From assembly GCA_024137785.1 (NCBI GenBank), contig JAHRHZ010000040.1, forward strand, positions 5,046,086 to 5,110,085: DNA of 64,000 nt. Reading direction: 5' to 3'. Below the pieces are notes generated by a model. The model did not search any database. It was not told where the DNA came from and saw nothing but the letters and a program-made list of their open reading frames with translations. The stretch is from Ginglymostoma cirratum. Lineage: Eukaryota. Below, in pieces: positions 1 to 13,360 of the stretch. Position numbers and translations under genes: made by a program. Numbering within the stretch: position 1 is the first letter of the stretch; each line of letters begins with the position of its first letter.

Positions 1-615
1 GGATGTGAATATGAAACCAGGAATGTACTCCTCCGGCTCTGTAAGGCTCTGGTCAGGTCACATTTGGAGTATTGTGTGCAGTTTTGGGCTGCATATCTCA
101 GGAAGGACGTACTGGCCCCGGAGTGGATTCAGAGGAGGTTCATGAGAACAGTCTTAGGAATGAAAAGCTTAACATATGAGGAACGTTTGAGGACTCTGGG
201 TCTATACTCGATGGAGTTTAGAAGAATGAGAGGGCATCTAATTGAAACTTACAGAATACTGAATGGTCTGGATAGAGCGGATGTTGAGAAACTATTTCCT
301 TTGGTAGGAGAGACAAGGACTCAAGAGCATAGCCTTCAAGTAAAGGGAAGGCCTTTCAGAATGGAGATAAGAAGAAACTTCTTCAGCCAGAGAGTGGTGA
401 ATCTATGAAATTCCTTACCACAGAAGGCTTTGGATGCCAAGTCCTGGAGTATATTTAAGACGGAGATAGATAGGTTCTTGATTGTCAATGGGGATCAAGG
501 GTCAAGGGGAGAAAGCAGGAGAATGTGTTTGAGAAAGTTATCAGCCATGATTGAATGGCGGAGCAGACTCGATGGGCTGAATGGCCTAATTTGTGCTCCC
601 ATGTCTTATGGTCTT
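1..615 (+). mobile_element. CR1/HER1-type LINE, 3' fragment (ORF2 C-terminus + 3' tail)
   Basis: ORF 64-408 EYCVQFWAAYLRKD...EERLRTLGLYSMEFRRMRGHLIETY...RRNFFSQRVVNL is the typical CR1 ORF2 C-terminus; ends in gatgggctgaatggcctaat...tcttatggtctt tail. Confidence 0.92.
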
Positions 616-3600
616 TTGGTTGTGAGCCTAAAGATAAATATGAAACCCCGATTACCCATTATGCTGTTTTCTTTTTCAGAAACATCCTGCTTGCAGCTTG
701 CCATTATTTCAGCTGGAATCCATGAAAGCAGGCACCACAGAGTGATCACTGACCAGTCCAATTAGTCACACCAGTACAATAGCACCAATCATATTTGCAG
801 GCACTTTTGTAATTACCTGATAACAAACATGGGGAACTGTCTTCCAGATCAGTAGAAAACCAGGTGTAGAGTTATGTCAATTGTCACCAGAAGCTAGCAA
901 TAACATGCATTATAGAACTGGCACGGCCAGTGATGTCATAAAGTGTCTTTCCCCTGGGCATGTTACAGTGGTTTTATAGCATGGTGCAGGGGAGTAGCAT
1001 ACAGGATAATTCTCCTTTCAATGATCTCCTGTAGTACTACCTCCAACTCATTCATTAGCAAGCACACCAGGTACTTGGCAGTTGTGTAGGTCATTCTTGC
1101 TTCTCAGGTCTTAGCTCTCTATTTTACTGAGTCATTTCTTGATCCATTGTTTCTTTAACTTTGACAAATGTTGTAATTGGTTAAGATATTCTAAGAGCCT
1201 TTATAAAGGTTTTTATTCTGGGCCATCTAATTGTGGCACTAATTGCCCTTATTCCTTTAAATTTTACTTACATATAGCTTTTCTGTTCCACTGTGAAACT
1301 GAGGTGAAAACTCATTGGCCATGTTTTATTATGGCACTATCTAATGGAACTCTCTATATTTCTCAATATAGACAAATTACCTCAATCTGTAATTTTAATT
1401 GAAAATGAATCACTGTCAGACTGAAATGCTTGGGCTAATTGATCTAATGATTATTACCAGTATGTCTTTATATAAACCATTGCAATCAATGCACTGTGAA
1501 CAATATAGTTCTATAAAATTGTTAGCTTTATGTATAATATATGTATGTTAAAATTGTAATATATTTAATTATTGTTTACAACTGCATTTAGCCACAGCCA
1601 CAGGGCCTTCTTTGAAATCTTACTTTGATTAAAGTCAATTAATCTTATATAACTGAAATATTCTAAGTAACAAAACATTTAAATGTTTAAAATCTTGAGG
1701 TCAATAATATTTGCTACTGGCTGAGATTTCTTTAGAAGTGTGGAAATATTGTTTTGTGACAAAAGCAGTTTAAAATTTCCCGAGCTATATCAGCTTTATA
1801 AAACATTTGGAAGAAGAACAGAGTTGACCGACATATAATATTAATACAAAATTGTCTAATTAAATCACAATTGTTATAGATCAATACCTTAAAAAGACAA
1901 ATGCCAACAACTGATCAATGCTGTGGGATATATATAGATGATAGTTCCATGGGTTCTGAGCTAAAACTGGACTGACTTTTTTGTCTTTTGTTTGTAGAAA
2001 TCCCCATCAAGGTAAATCCATGGTCTAGTTTATGGTGAGAAAAGGTACATAGGACAAAACTTGCATTATTTCAAATGTAAAAGGTTGCAAAAAGCTGATT
2101 TTCTTCTTTCATGATGCCAGTCTGTGCTTAGAATATCAAGTTTAGAATTGCAACCTTATTCAAAAAGTGTTACAAAGAATAGACCAGGTTAATCCTGATA
2201 TTACTCGACTACTTAATTGAAATAGACTTTGGAAAAATCGTTTATCATATATATATAAGTCCCACTTGACAAGTTCCGATTTATATTCTTAATTACAGCT
2301 ATGGATGCAACAAGTTTATTCCTGTCAATTTCCTGAAATTTATCACTTATGGGTCACTGGAGACAAGATACTGCATTTTCCCAGTTCGGTTACAATGACA
2401 ATGTTTACCTCAAATCCCAGTGAGACTCAAATGTCTGTTGTGCAACATAGGTTGTGGTTTTCCTAAAGGCAATCAATTAAGAAGCCCCACTCAGAGCCCC
2501 ATTTAACAATATGGGAGCCGAAGATGTGGGTGGGGATGAGGATTGGTGGTTGTGGTTAGACCAGGGAAACAGAAATACACCTCTCGAAATGTTTTGCTGG
2601 TCACACTGTTGGAAGAGATGAATGCTGCTGAGGCATGACAAATGTGCCTTCAGATGAAGGCACCCTGCAGCATTCGGTAAATCTGGTTATTAATGTGTAG
2701 GGGAAACTTGTCCATAGGGTGACTTGTAGCCTTTGCAGTGACCATCTCATCTCAGCTCATTCATGCTTGGGTGAATTGATAGCCCTTTGTTTTGCCGCTG
2801 GGTGGCCAATTCCATGGAAATGTTGAGGTTCAGAATTAAAGGAAACCTACCTACCATTGGCAAGATTCCAGTGAAACCATTACTTTCCCTTAATTACTCC
2901 TTATTGAGCCGAGTTGGTTACCCACTTCCGTTGTATTGACTCATTTCTGGCAAGATTGTTTGAAGGCAGATAGACAATCTGACACCTTATTTTGTATCCT
3001 GGCTTCCAGTTCTGCCTCCTAATTGACTTCTGTTGCGGTAGGATAATTCAGACCCAGCACTGTGATCCTGATATTTTAACCAAGGAATTGTAATACTGTC
3101 CTTGGGAAACAATGAAGGCTCAGCTGAGGATACTTTGTTTCTGCAAATAACTTGTAGTATCCTAACAGACATTGTTTTGCAATACAGTACAAGAAATAAA
3201 TTGTTTTGCCGGATTGATAAAATGTCTTGTCAACTGTATCTTATATAAGTAGCCTGGTTACATAGTGATGTAAAGAGTTCAGAGAAAAATATTTACTTCA
3301 TGACTTTACTAACTGTATACCTTTAGAATATTAATTTAGCGTTTGTTTAAGAAAATCTATAAATGCTGTAAAGAAAATACTGCTACTTTGATGAGAATTT
3401 TTTTAAAAATTCAGTTTCTTCCCATTTACTGCTTTGAAAGAAGCTAGCTGCTAATAATGATAAACTCAATTGCTACCTGTCTAACCCATTCTTCACCATA
3501 ATGCCAATTATTTCAAAAAGAATCAGTGATAAGAACCAGAAACAGCTCCACACCTCTGCTACCATCTCAATCCTCACCTTCCCCCCGCCCCCTCCAAATG

Positions 3601-4089
3601 TTTGAAAATGTTTTCAGGAGAAAAACTGTCGAACTTTGCATAAAAAAGCATCACCTCAAATCTATTTTGAACCACCTTATATAATCTATTAACCTCCATG
3701 TGTTAAAGTCCAAAGTTTTCAGAAAGCTAGCAAATTTGCATTTTCTGTTTCCTTCTTACACGATCACATACTTAAGCACCTTTACTATCCTAACTGCAGT
3801 GGAAATTGAATCATTGCTGCTTGCAAAAACTGTTACTACTCATCCAAGTTGCGATACGCCATTTAGGATTTTTGTTTAAAGAAGTCTGCATTTCTAAAGA
3901 TTTGAGATTGCAGAAGGGAAATAAATTGCATGCCTTTAAATCTTCAACCTGTGTGAACCAATGAAGGGGATATGGCTGGTTTAAAAAAACACAACTAAAC
4001 TAATTGCATATCAGATTTCCCTCCCACTCTTCCACATTGTTCTTTTTTTTCAGGAGAAAAATTGTTGAACTTTACCATGAAATAAGTCA

Positions 4090-4420
4090 AGGGAAAAATG
4101 AAGTACTAATTAAGAAAGATGGGGTTTTATGCAAATCACTGTACGCCAAAGATATTCTAATGAATCTGCCCTGAGCGGATGTGTGTGCAGGAAGCTGACA
4201 GCTGGCTCCGAGGAAGGTCACACGGAATCAGCAGCATGGAGCATAATCCTTCAGATTGGCAGCTTTGCCCCTCGGTCACTGTTTGATTATCTACCAAATT
4301 GCTGTATTTCACAGAGATAATGATTTTTTATGGTCACAGACTTCAAGACAACTGCCATATCCTCAGGGTCATCAAGCAAGGAGACAGCAACTTCTCTGGA
4401 AAAGGCATCCTTTCAGATTT
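4090..4420. promoter_or_regulatory. Candidate conserved non-coding element / enhancer
   Basis: Repeat-free island with octamer ATGCAAAT (4129-4136), TAATTA, and a TGATTTTTTATGG Hox/Cdx-like site near 4321; conservation not testable here. Confidence 0.3.
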
Positions 4421-5081
4421 TTTTTTCCCTTCACTTCAGTCTATTGTGATTTTTCATTTTAATTTATTCTCATTTCTTGTGCCTGTGTGAATATTCTTCT
4501 CATATTTCTCTCCTTGCCCTCCCTTCCCTCCTCCATGTATTTTTAACCAATTAAGGGCCAGAATAATAACCAGTAAACAAACCTATATGTTTTCCAGGCT
4601 TGTCAATAATGCTGTAGTCCTGTGATCTTACTGTACAGGCTCCAGGGTCTCATAGAATATAAGATGCCCCATCTCCCTTGGGTAGAGGGTATCTGACTAA
4701 ATTTACCCTCCCCGACCTTACCCTGCAGGAGTTGACAACCTTATAATGGTTATCAGACTCAGTATGGGTGGAAGCAAACGGAAGGGAAGGAGAGAGGGAA
4801 TTAAGATCAATAGATATTCCACATCACGTCATACTTCAGCACCCCCTACTGTCTGGTCATAGGTTAGCAATGTTAAGGCTGTGGAGATCTTTAAAGATTA
4901 GTCTAGCCTTTCATCCAAACGTCAAAGCGAATGATCCAGAATGGGAACAATCTATAATGAGAAAGAAGATAATTAAAAGATAAGACACAATAAAAACATT
5001 CTCTTCCAATTATAATTGTTTTTCAATATTGTAGCCTGAGTTTTAGTACGTTCACTGCCGCCTATCTCACGGCTAATACAG

Positions 5082-5402
5082 CGGTCATAGTGGCTCAGTG
5101 GTTAGTACTACCACCTCCCACCATGAGGGATTCAGGTTCAATTCCACCCTTGGGTGACTGTCTATGTGGAGTTTGCATGTTCTTCCTGTGTTTGAGTGGG
5201 TTTCTGCTGGGTGCTCCAGTTGCCTTCCACTGTGTAAGTTAGGTAGATATAGCCATGTTAAAATTACATTGTGTTCATGGATGTGTAAGTTAGGTGCATT
5301 GGCCATGGGGAATACAGGGTAGGGGATGGGTCAGGGTGTGATGCTGTTCAGAAGGTTGGTGTGTCCTCATTTAGCTGATCGGCCTGTTTCCACACTGTAG
5401 GG
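5082..5402 (+). mobile_element. HE1-like tRNA-derived V-SINE
   Basis: A box tggctcagtgg, B box ggttcaattcc, V-domain tgtggagtttgcatgttct...gggtttctgctgggtgctccagt, tail ggcctgtttccacactgtaggg. Confidence 0.88.
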
Positions 5403-5757
5403 TTTTTTTTTTAAAAAATGAATGGAATGAAAATAACTAAACATTTAACTGTCAGATCTAATACAAAAGCTGTATTGGGTGATGTGATGTGGAAATTACT
5501 GCACACACCTGACCACAACATTTGAAAGGAAGATATATCTGAAATGTTGGATCACAGCAATGTGAGCTCTTTCAGGAATTATCTGATATCTGGTTTAATG
5601 TTTTGAAAAGAAGGCTGTTATAAAATAACAGACGTGAACTTCATTAAACTTTTCGGAAGGTAAATGAACTACAAGAGAAAATACATATAAGTATAAATTA
5701 GATTCAGCATGTTGTCATGTGATGGGCATATACCTTTAAGAATGAGTGTCTTAAACT

Positions 5758-6000
5758 ACTGATGATTGCACAATGTTCAGCACTATTTGCAACTCCTCAG
5801 ATACTGAAGCAGTCTATGTCCAAATACAGCATGATCTGGACAATATCCAGGCTTGAGCTGCAAAATGGCAAGTAACATTCACGCCATACAAATGTCAGGC
5901 AATGACTGTCTCTAACAACCATAATTCCCTGATACTCAATGGCATCACTATTACTGAAATCCCACAACCAATATCCTGAGGGTTTCCATTGACTGAAAAC
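5758..6000 (+). mobile_element. LINE-B RT fragment (CR1/Jockey-group LINE)
   Basis: DDCTMFSTICNSSDTEAV...DLDNIQA, homologous to 48856-49090. Confidence 0.8.
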
Positions 6001-6667
6001 CAAAAAATCCCTAGAGGAGTACACAATGTGCAAGGAAACCTTATAAAGGAAATTAGTCGAGCAATAAGGGAATCAACAGTTATGGGGAAAAGGCAGGAAA
6101 GTGGATGTGAGGAGTGTTGGATAAGCTATGATCCAATTGAATTGTGGAGCAGGCTTGAGGGTAGCTCCAGTTCCTATTTCTTATGGTTTCATGGTTGAAA
6201 TGGAGGAATAAAAGAATAATGGCAGGTAAAATAAAGAAAAATCCTAAGTCAACTTGTAAGTACATTAAGAGTGAAAGGATAACTAAAGAAAGAGTAAGGC
6301 TCATTATGGATCACGGAGGTAATTTGTGTGTGGAGCTGTTGGGCTTAGGTAGGGTTTTAAATGAATACATTGTGTTGGTGTTCACCAGTGAGAGGGCCAG
6401 TGCAGGCTTATAAATCAGAGAGAAGGACAGTGATACAATTGAAGAAATTAGTGTAGACAAAGAGGACATTTTGAGTGGTCTGGCCAGCTTAAATGTAGGT
6501 AAATCTCCAGGTCCAGAAGAAACACAAACCAGGTGTTGATTTTGACAAGGGAGGATATAACAGGTGTGCTGGAAAACACAGCATGACCTTGCAAAATAAA
6601 AGGTGTTGAAAAACAAGAGTTAGCTGCAGAAAAACTGCACTTATTGTCGTGTCTTTGGACAGGGACA

Positions 6668-7008
6668 GGCAATGGCTTTCTGGTATTGTTATTAGACTAT
6701 TGATTAAGAGAACCAGGTAATGTTTTTGGAGCCTGGGTTTAAATCCCAGCATCGCAGTTGGTGGAATTTGAATTCTGCAAATATTTAGAGTGAAAATATA
6801 GTAATTAATTGCTGGGGTAAAAGCCCATCCTGTTCACTGATGTTGTTGAGGGAAGGAAACTGCTGTCTTACCTCGTGTGCTCTGTGTGTGACTCCAGACC
6901 CATAGCAATGTGGTTGAATCTTAACTGCCCGCTGGGCAATTAGGGATGAGCAATACATGCTGACCTAGCCAGTGATGCCCATGTCCTGTGAATGAATAGA
7001 GAAATAAA
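6668..7008 (+). mobile_element. tRNA-headed SINE = LINE-B 5' end joined to LINE-B 3' end
   Basis: B box gggtttaaatcc; body gggaaggaaactgc...gactccagacccatagcaatgtggttg matches 43590-43660; tail gggcaattagggatgagcaatacatgctg matches 46200-46270. Confidence 0.85.
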
Positions 7009-7786
7009 ATGTTGAAAATTCCTCTTTGGCCACAAGAGGTGTGCTGGAGGACAGCCAATGTGTTGCTACTATTCAACAGCTAAGCAAGATCAACCAGGAA
7101 AATACAAGTCAGACAGTCTAGAGGGTCAGAGTTAGCCTGCGCATCGAGAGGCGAGGAAGAGCGGTCAGCACAGTTTGTGAAGGGAAGGTCATGTCTGACC
7201 AACTTGATTGAATTTTTTTACCAAGTGACCAGGTGTATATGAGGATTGTGCATTGAGCATAGACTAATTGGACTTCAGCAAAGCTTTTGATGAGGTCCAG
7301 CATGGGAGACTGATAGCGAAGGTAAGGTCTCATGGGATCCAAGGAAATTTGATTAACTGGATCCTGAATTGGCTGACTGGCAGAAGTGTGGTGGCCAAGG
7401 GATATTTTTGTGAGTGGAAGCCTGTGAACAATTGGGTTCTGCAGAGGTAAGTGTTGGGCCCCTTGCTACTGTGGTATGTGCAACTTATTTCAGACTTGAA
7501 TGCAGGAGGGTTGATCAGTAAGTTAGTGGATGATGTGAAAATAGAAGGGTGGCAAATAGTGAGGGGGTTGGCCTTAAATTACAGGATGATGTAGACAGGC
7601 TGGTCAGATGGGCTGATCAGTGGCAATTAGAACTCAACCTGGATACATGTGAGGTGATGCACTTGGGCAGAACAAACAAAGCAAGGGAATATATGATGAA
7701 GAGTAGGACCTTGAGAAGCATTAAGGATCATATGGAGTTTAGTGGGCGTGTCTACTGGTCCCTTAAGAGAGTAGAACAGTTAGATA

Positions 7787-7867
7787 TCTTTATCTGAAGA
7801 AGGGTCCAGACCCGAAACGTCAGCTTTCCTGCTCCCCTGATGCTGCCTGGCCTGCTGTTATCTTAGG
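7787..7867 (+). mobile_element. Solo Penelope terminal-repeat cassette (family A) with 11-bp TSD
   Basis: acagttagata at 7776-7786 and 7868-7878 flanks the insert inside a CR1. Confidence 0.85.
7794..7821 (+). ncRNA. Minimal hammerhead ribozyme core
   Basis: CTGAAGA-A-GGGTC-CA-GACCC-GAAAC-GTC; core intact, stem I mostly lost. Confidence 0.6.
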
Positions 7868-8403
7868 ACAGTTAGATAAAGTGGTTAAGATGGTATATTT
7901 AGAGCAGAGAAGACTTGCTGGAATTGTATAAAAAATTGATAGGCCATGGTTAGAGCATTGGATGCTGTATGGAATCCACATTCTGGTAGGAATGTGATTG
8001 CATTGGAGAGGATGCAGAGACTTACCACGATGTCACCTGGGCTGGAGAGTTTCAGTTATGAATAGAGATTGGATAGACTGTGGTTGTTTTATTTGGAACA
8101 GAGGAGACTGAAGGGGCATGTTGATTGAGATGTATAAAGTTATGATGGGCACAGATAAGATAGATGTGAAAAAAGTTTTCCACATGTTGGAGGGTCAATG
8201 ACCCTGGGGCTAGATTTAAAGTAAGGGGAAAAACATTTTGAAGGGATGTGAGGAAAAATATTTTTACTCAGAATGTGATGGGAATCTGGAACTCACTGCC
8301 TGTAAGACTGGTAGAAGCAGAAACTCTCATGACATTTAAGAAGTACACTGATAATTCCAAGGCTAGGGGCCAAGTGCTGGAAAATAGGTTTAGTATAATA
8401 AAG

Positions 8404-8538
8404 TCAGAGATAAAAGGTACTGCAGATGTTGGAGAATCCGAGATAACACGGTGTGGGGCTGGATGAACACAGCAGGCCAAGCAGCATCATAGGAGCAGGA
8501 AAGCTCGACGTTTTGGGCCTAGACCCTTCATCAGAAAT
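8404..8538 (-). mobile_element. Solo Penelope terminal-repeat cassette (family A)
   Basis: Reverse complement reads CTGATGAAGGGTCTAGGCCCAAAACGTC...gatgctgcttggcctgctgtgttcatccag...; near-identical to 45158-45256. Confidence 0.85.
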
Positions 8539-8624
8539 GTGCTTGTTTTCAATTGGTTCAAGTGGGCCAAAGAACCTTTTTGCTATGCTATATGCTTCTA
8601 TGACTAAACAGGATGAGCCGTACA

Positions 8625-9820
8625 AATACAGTCCCAAAAGAGCAGGTCTGATACTAGGAATCCTGCAGCAAGTGACTCACCTCCTGACTCTCAAAAGCCT
8701 GTTTGAATATGATGTATTAAGCACAAGTCAGGAGTGTGATGGGATACTCGCATTTTACCCGTGTGAGTGCAATTCTGATAACACTGGGCAGTCATACCTG
8801 GAACCTAGGGAGATGGATGTGATTGTTGGAGGTCAGTCATCTCAGCTCCAGGACATCTCTGCAGGAGTTCCCCAGGGTAATGTCCTAGGCTTCAGCTGCC
8901 CTCCATCATAAGGTCAGAAGTGGGACGTTCGTTGATGATTGCACAATATTCAGCACCACTCACAACACCTCAGTTGCTGAAGTAGTCCCTGTTCAAATAC
9001 AACAAGATCTAGACATTATCCAGGTTTGGATCAGCAAGCTGCAAATGATATTTTGAGCCACACAAATGCTAGATAATAACCATCTCCAAAAAGAGACAAC
9101 CTAACCTCTGTCCCTTCAACATTCAGTGGTGTTACCATCACTGAATACCCTACTATTAACATCCTTGGGTTACCATTGACCAGAAATTCATCTGGTCTTG
9201 CCTCATAAACATAGTAATTACAACAGCAGGTAAGAGGTCAGGAAGTCTGCAGCGAGTAACTCACCTTCTGACTCCCCCACAGCCTGTCAATCATCTACAA
9301 CACACAAGTCAGGACTGTTTTGAAATACTCCCCACTTGCCTGGATGAGCGCAGCTTCAACAACACTCAAGAAGCTTGATATCATCCAGGACAAAGCAACT
9401 GGTTTATTGGCATCGCATCCATAAACACCCACTTCCTCCACCACTGACGCTCAGTAGCAGCAGTATGTATTGTCTATAAAATGAACTTCAGAAATTCATC
9501 AAAAATCCTTAGACAACATCTTCTAATCCCACAACCACTTCCACCTGGAAGTAAAAAAGCAACACTTACATGGGAATGCCAATACATGCCAGTTCCCCTC
9601 CAATCCACTCACCATCCTGATTTCAAAACGTATTGCCATTCCTTCAATGTCAGTGGTGAAATTGTTGGAGCTCTTTTCTGAACAGCATTATGGGTCTACC
9701 TACAGAACATGGACAGCAGCGATTTAAGAAGTTATCTTATCACCACTTCTTTAGGGCATTGAGGGATGGGCAATAAATGCAGACCAAGTCAGAAATGTAC
9801 ATGTCCCATAACTGATTCTT
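8625..9820 (+). mobile_element. LINE-B 3' half (RT to 3' UTR), preceded by a short second LINE-B fragment (8625-8790)
   Basis: VIVGGQSSQLQDISAGVPQGNVLG; TTLKKLDIIQDKA; 3' end agggcattgagggatgggcaataaatgc. Confidence 0.87.
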
Positions 9821-10279
9821 TTTTGAAAATCATTACCACCTTGAGATGTATTAATATCTGATGTATTAGTTCCATTACATGTTAAGCAGTCTGAGGCAGC
9901 AATGACAGAAGCCAAATGTATTATCCTAAGCTCCCAGTGAACACTGTTTGTAGATAATCTTATCTTCAAATGAGGAACCCAGTAACAGCTTTTAACAGCT
10001 AGAAGTCTTTTTCTCACCGCTTACTCTAAGTTTCACTCATATGCAGCCACTTTCCCGTCTAAAACCACCGTAATGGCAGGAGCTTAGAGCAAAAATGGTA
10101 AAAATCAGAGACTGGTCAACTGCTAAACAATAAGTTATGACTGGCTTAGGCAATGACCACTAAAGGTACTGTAAATCAGACCTGAATTAACCCTAAAAGA
10201 ATTGAAGAAACTTATATGGTGAAAAAAGCTCCAAATGGCATTAATTCCTCTCGAAACATCAGAAAATGAACTTAAAATA

Positions 10280-10870
10280 CCTACAAGAATTTTCAAGGTA
10301 TCAGGTCCCCTATCTAAATTTATCTTATTCTAAACAATGCATCAAAATATGTTTCCTGAATATGATACTTCTGAACCAGGTAAACAAGCCATCAAAATAA
10401 GTTGCTATAGTCAATAAAACCTTTGTTGTCGAAACTCATTAGGTCTGTCTAAAACTATCTTAATCCTGCAAACAAAATATGGTCAACATTCAAACACCAA
10501 TTGTAAAAGAAGCTCACCATCACAATATGCCATCGAGAATTCATGTCTTTCCAGAGAAGACTGACACAGATTCCATTGACCAATTCATAACTACATGTGA
10601 AATCAAACGGCATCATTTTCATTTCACTGTAGCTGTGCTAGCTGACAGAATAGTTTCATTTGAGACATCATCTACCCCAATGGAAGTATATCAAAAAGAC
10701 ATCTTAGATTGACTCAAAACTTAAACCATGTAAGCATGACTACCAAGTGGGCACAAATACAAAGCTGTAACAGGTAGACGATGTCTACAGATTTCGCATG
10801 ATTGATCTATCATTGGCCCAGTAGCCAATACAGGCAAGCCTAGTCAGCAATGGCAGTTGTGTGCCCTCAC
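10280..10870 (+). mobile_element. Possible eroded Gypsy-type gag remnant
   Basis: HREFMSFQ then (frameshift) DSIDQFITTCEIK...LADRIVS...TPMEVYQKDILD resembles retrotransposon gag (ExIxQFxxRC...L.ERI). Confidence 0.4.
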
Positions 10871-11819
10871 ACATGCATCAAAAAACAGGCCCAGATTTTA
10901 GTGGTATGTGCAAGGCATCTTGCAGTTGAGGACACTGAAAGTACCAGTAAAGAAATGAAATGTTCAAACAAGATGTGATTTATTGCATATTAGTAAGTTC
11001 TTACAGGTTACATTGATACGATAGGCATTGTTACAGAGACTTTGAAGAGGAACTGATGTTCTTCAAGGTTTTGAACTGCTCTGCCTACAAGTCCATGTGC
11101 TCTCATTATCGTTTGTGGCATTTATGGAACCCTTATGTTGTGTTATCCCTTTCAAACCCTTTTAGCCCTCTATACAATAAGGTTTAACATTAGCTGGCCA
11201 AAGTACATGTCTGATTTATGTGGTAGCCTGTAGACTCTGTTTAATTTTTAATATGAGTGCAACCACAAAGAACCAAATGCATACACAATTTAAATCATCT
11301 TTCTATGGCTCAAAATGGGAAAAGCTCTTCTTGGATCCACAGAAAGAATGGGGTAAATGTGGCATTTTGTTGTGCCATTATATTGGCATACTGATGAAAA
11401 AAATAATTTTTTACCGCAATATTATGCACTCAATGAGCATTTTTTCCTAAGTCATGCTGCTATGTGAGTAAGAGGCATCATTCAAATTTTATGCCCACAA
11501 TTATTGAATGATGAGCAACTATTCAGGACTCTTCCATGATCATTGCAATCCAAGAGGAAGAAGTTACTGAAAAGGTAAGTTCTTTCAAAAGCAAAAGTTC
11601 TTGGACATCCTGAAAGATTTTGTCATCTTCACAGTACTCATATTATGTCTATTTTATATATCAACTTGGTTTTGATAATACCATTTGCATCCCTTAGTGA
11701 GAGATTTTACATATTTAAGACAATATAATTGATCTGATGGTATAATCTTGGTTGACAAGTCTGTGAAATACTGAAGAAGTGCTGTATTGTTTTCCTGATG
11801 AGTTATTAAACTAAAGCCC

Positions 11820-12045
11820 AGTTTGCAAGCTGAGGTGGGCATAATAGATCTCATTGCACCACATAAAGAAGAGCAGGAAATCCTGGCCACATTTTTTTTC
11901 TATCTGAGTATCTGATGATTCATTCATTTACACTTGGTAGAAATTTGTTGTGCCTAAATTGACTGTACTGTCTTTGTACTGGCTTTGAAGTACTTTGGGA
12001 CATCGTGATGATTTGACAGCCACTATGAAAAAAATAATTTATTTC
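11820..12045 (+). mobile_element. Highly degenerate Deu-domain SINE fragment
   Basis: aagaagagcagg...tcctggcca...ttgttgtgcctaaattgactg...ggctttgaagtactttgggacatcgtga resembles 35845-36180 in reverse. Confidence 0.45.
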
Positions 12046-12454
12046 TCATTTCTATAGCAGTGCATACTTAATGGAGAATGTTTCCTTAATAGGGCTTGAG
12101 TTTTGAATCACACAACCAGCACAAAACCAAAATAACATCTTCGAGTGTTTCTTTTATTCCATGCATAAAAATGTGTGGCATACATAAAATCATTTTTACA
12201 ATTATTGCAAAATAAATCAAATTCTGCTCATAATCTATAACTGATTTTAAAGCAGGTATTTTCAAGCCCCAGGAAACAGGATACTCAGCAACTTAAAGTG
12301 ATAATTTGTTTCCACAAAAATTGCATTAAATTCTTTGAACTAAGATGCTCAGCTGAAATTGTATTAAAATATTCCGTTGTGTACTGAGTAGCAAAATTAC
12401 TAGTTTTATTACAACTTCAAAAGAAATTCAACAATGAACTATTTTGTTGCATTC

Positions 12455-12992
12455 ATTTTTTACTGGTCAGACTCAGTATCCTGTCCTTGTAATGGAGGAG
12501 GAGACGAATGATGGGCTTGCACTGTCTGCCTTTATTTTTGTTGTCCATTTGTAGGCTGCTTTCCTTGTGGAGTGAGAGAGAGGCAGGTATTATGGGAGAT
12601 GAATGTGGGTGGTGCGGTTTTCTTTCTGGAGGAGCGGGTGTCTGTACTGGGTGAATGGGCAGTGCAGAGGGCATGCTGGGTTAAAAGTGTCGAGGGTTGG
12701 GATAGGTGACTGTGAGTGATAGAAGATGTTGCAGACAACAGTGAGAGTGGTAGAGCAAGAGCCTTAGTAGGAAGTGGATAAAGTGGCAGTGAGGTATTCA
12801 GGGAAATGTTGGTGGCTGATATGTTGGTGAAGTGGAGAAGATCATTGACCTTCTCACATTGCTGTGCACTTCTCCAGATAGCTAAGACTGCACTTATCCA
12901 GTATGCAACCACTGACCAGGCTGGTATGGCCTGGTGTCGAGGTGTCCACTGTCAGTTTTGGAGAAAGAGGACAACATGCCTGTGCACTGTTT
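12455..12992 (-). mobile_element. PIF/Harbinger Myb/SANT-like gene remnant
   Basis: Minus strand: HRHVVLFLQN...PAWSVVAYWISAVLAIWRSAQQCEKVNDLLH (Myb/SANT W...R..QC.K.NDL pattern), then GRQCKPIIRLLLHYKDRILSL; homologous to 26750-27190 and 32780-32950. Confidence 0.6.
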
Positions 12993-13089
12993 AAACCAGC
13001 AGGATGTTCAGGTTCCTGTGTACAATTGAGGCACCTTTCCTTTCTTGTCTGCCATATTCAGAACAAATGCTGGAAATGTCAACAAAACA

Positions 13090-13360
13090 TGCAGGTCAGC
13101 TCCAGGCCTCGTTGTGGAATAAAAGGAACAGTAGCAACATAGATACAAATTGGATGAGGGATAGGAAACACAGAGTAATGGTTAATCAATATGTCTTGGG
13201 CTGGGGAAAGATTTTTGGTGGAATTCTGTGGTGTTGATATTGTGAGCCATATGTTTTCTAATAGATACATAAACAACTTGGATCATTACTAGGGAAGATT
13301 TCAAAGTTTGTGGATGACACAAAACTTGGGGTTTTAAACTGTAGATGATGAGGAGTGCAC
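13090..13360 (+). mobile_element. CR1 RT fragment
   Basis: NWMRDRKHRVMVN...SKFVDDTKLG. Confidence 0.75.

Larger units (their letters stand above)
6195..8605 (+). mobile_element. Degenerate CR1 LINE ORF2 (RT to 3' tail), interrupted by a SINE and two Penelope cassettes
   Basis: IKKNPKSTCKYIKS; DFSKAFDEVQHGRLIAKVRSHGIQG; LQDDVDRLVRWADQWQLELNLDTCEVMHLG; RKNIFTQNVMGIWNSLP. Confidence 0.88.

Noticed and set aside
8453-8911. 152-aa ORF
   Set aside because: Chance read-through of a Penelope cassette, a CR1 tail and LINE-B fragments
11507-11575. C/D box snoRNA-like ATGATGA...CTGA, next to a strong AAG/GTAAGT donor
   Set aside because: No terminal stem, no recognisable rRNA guide, no supported host gene or exon partner
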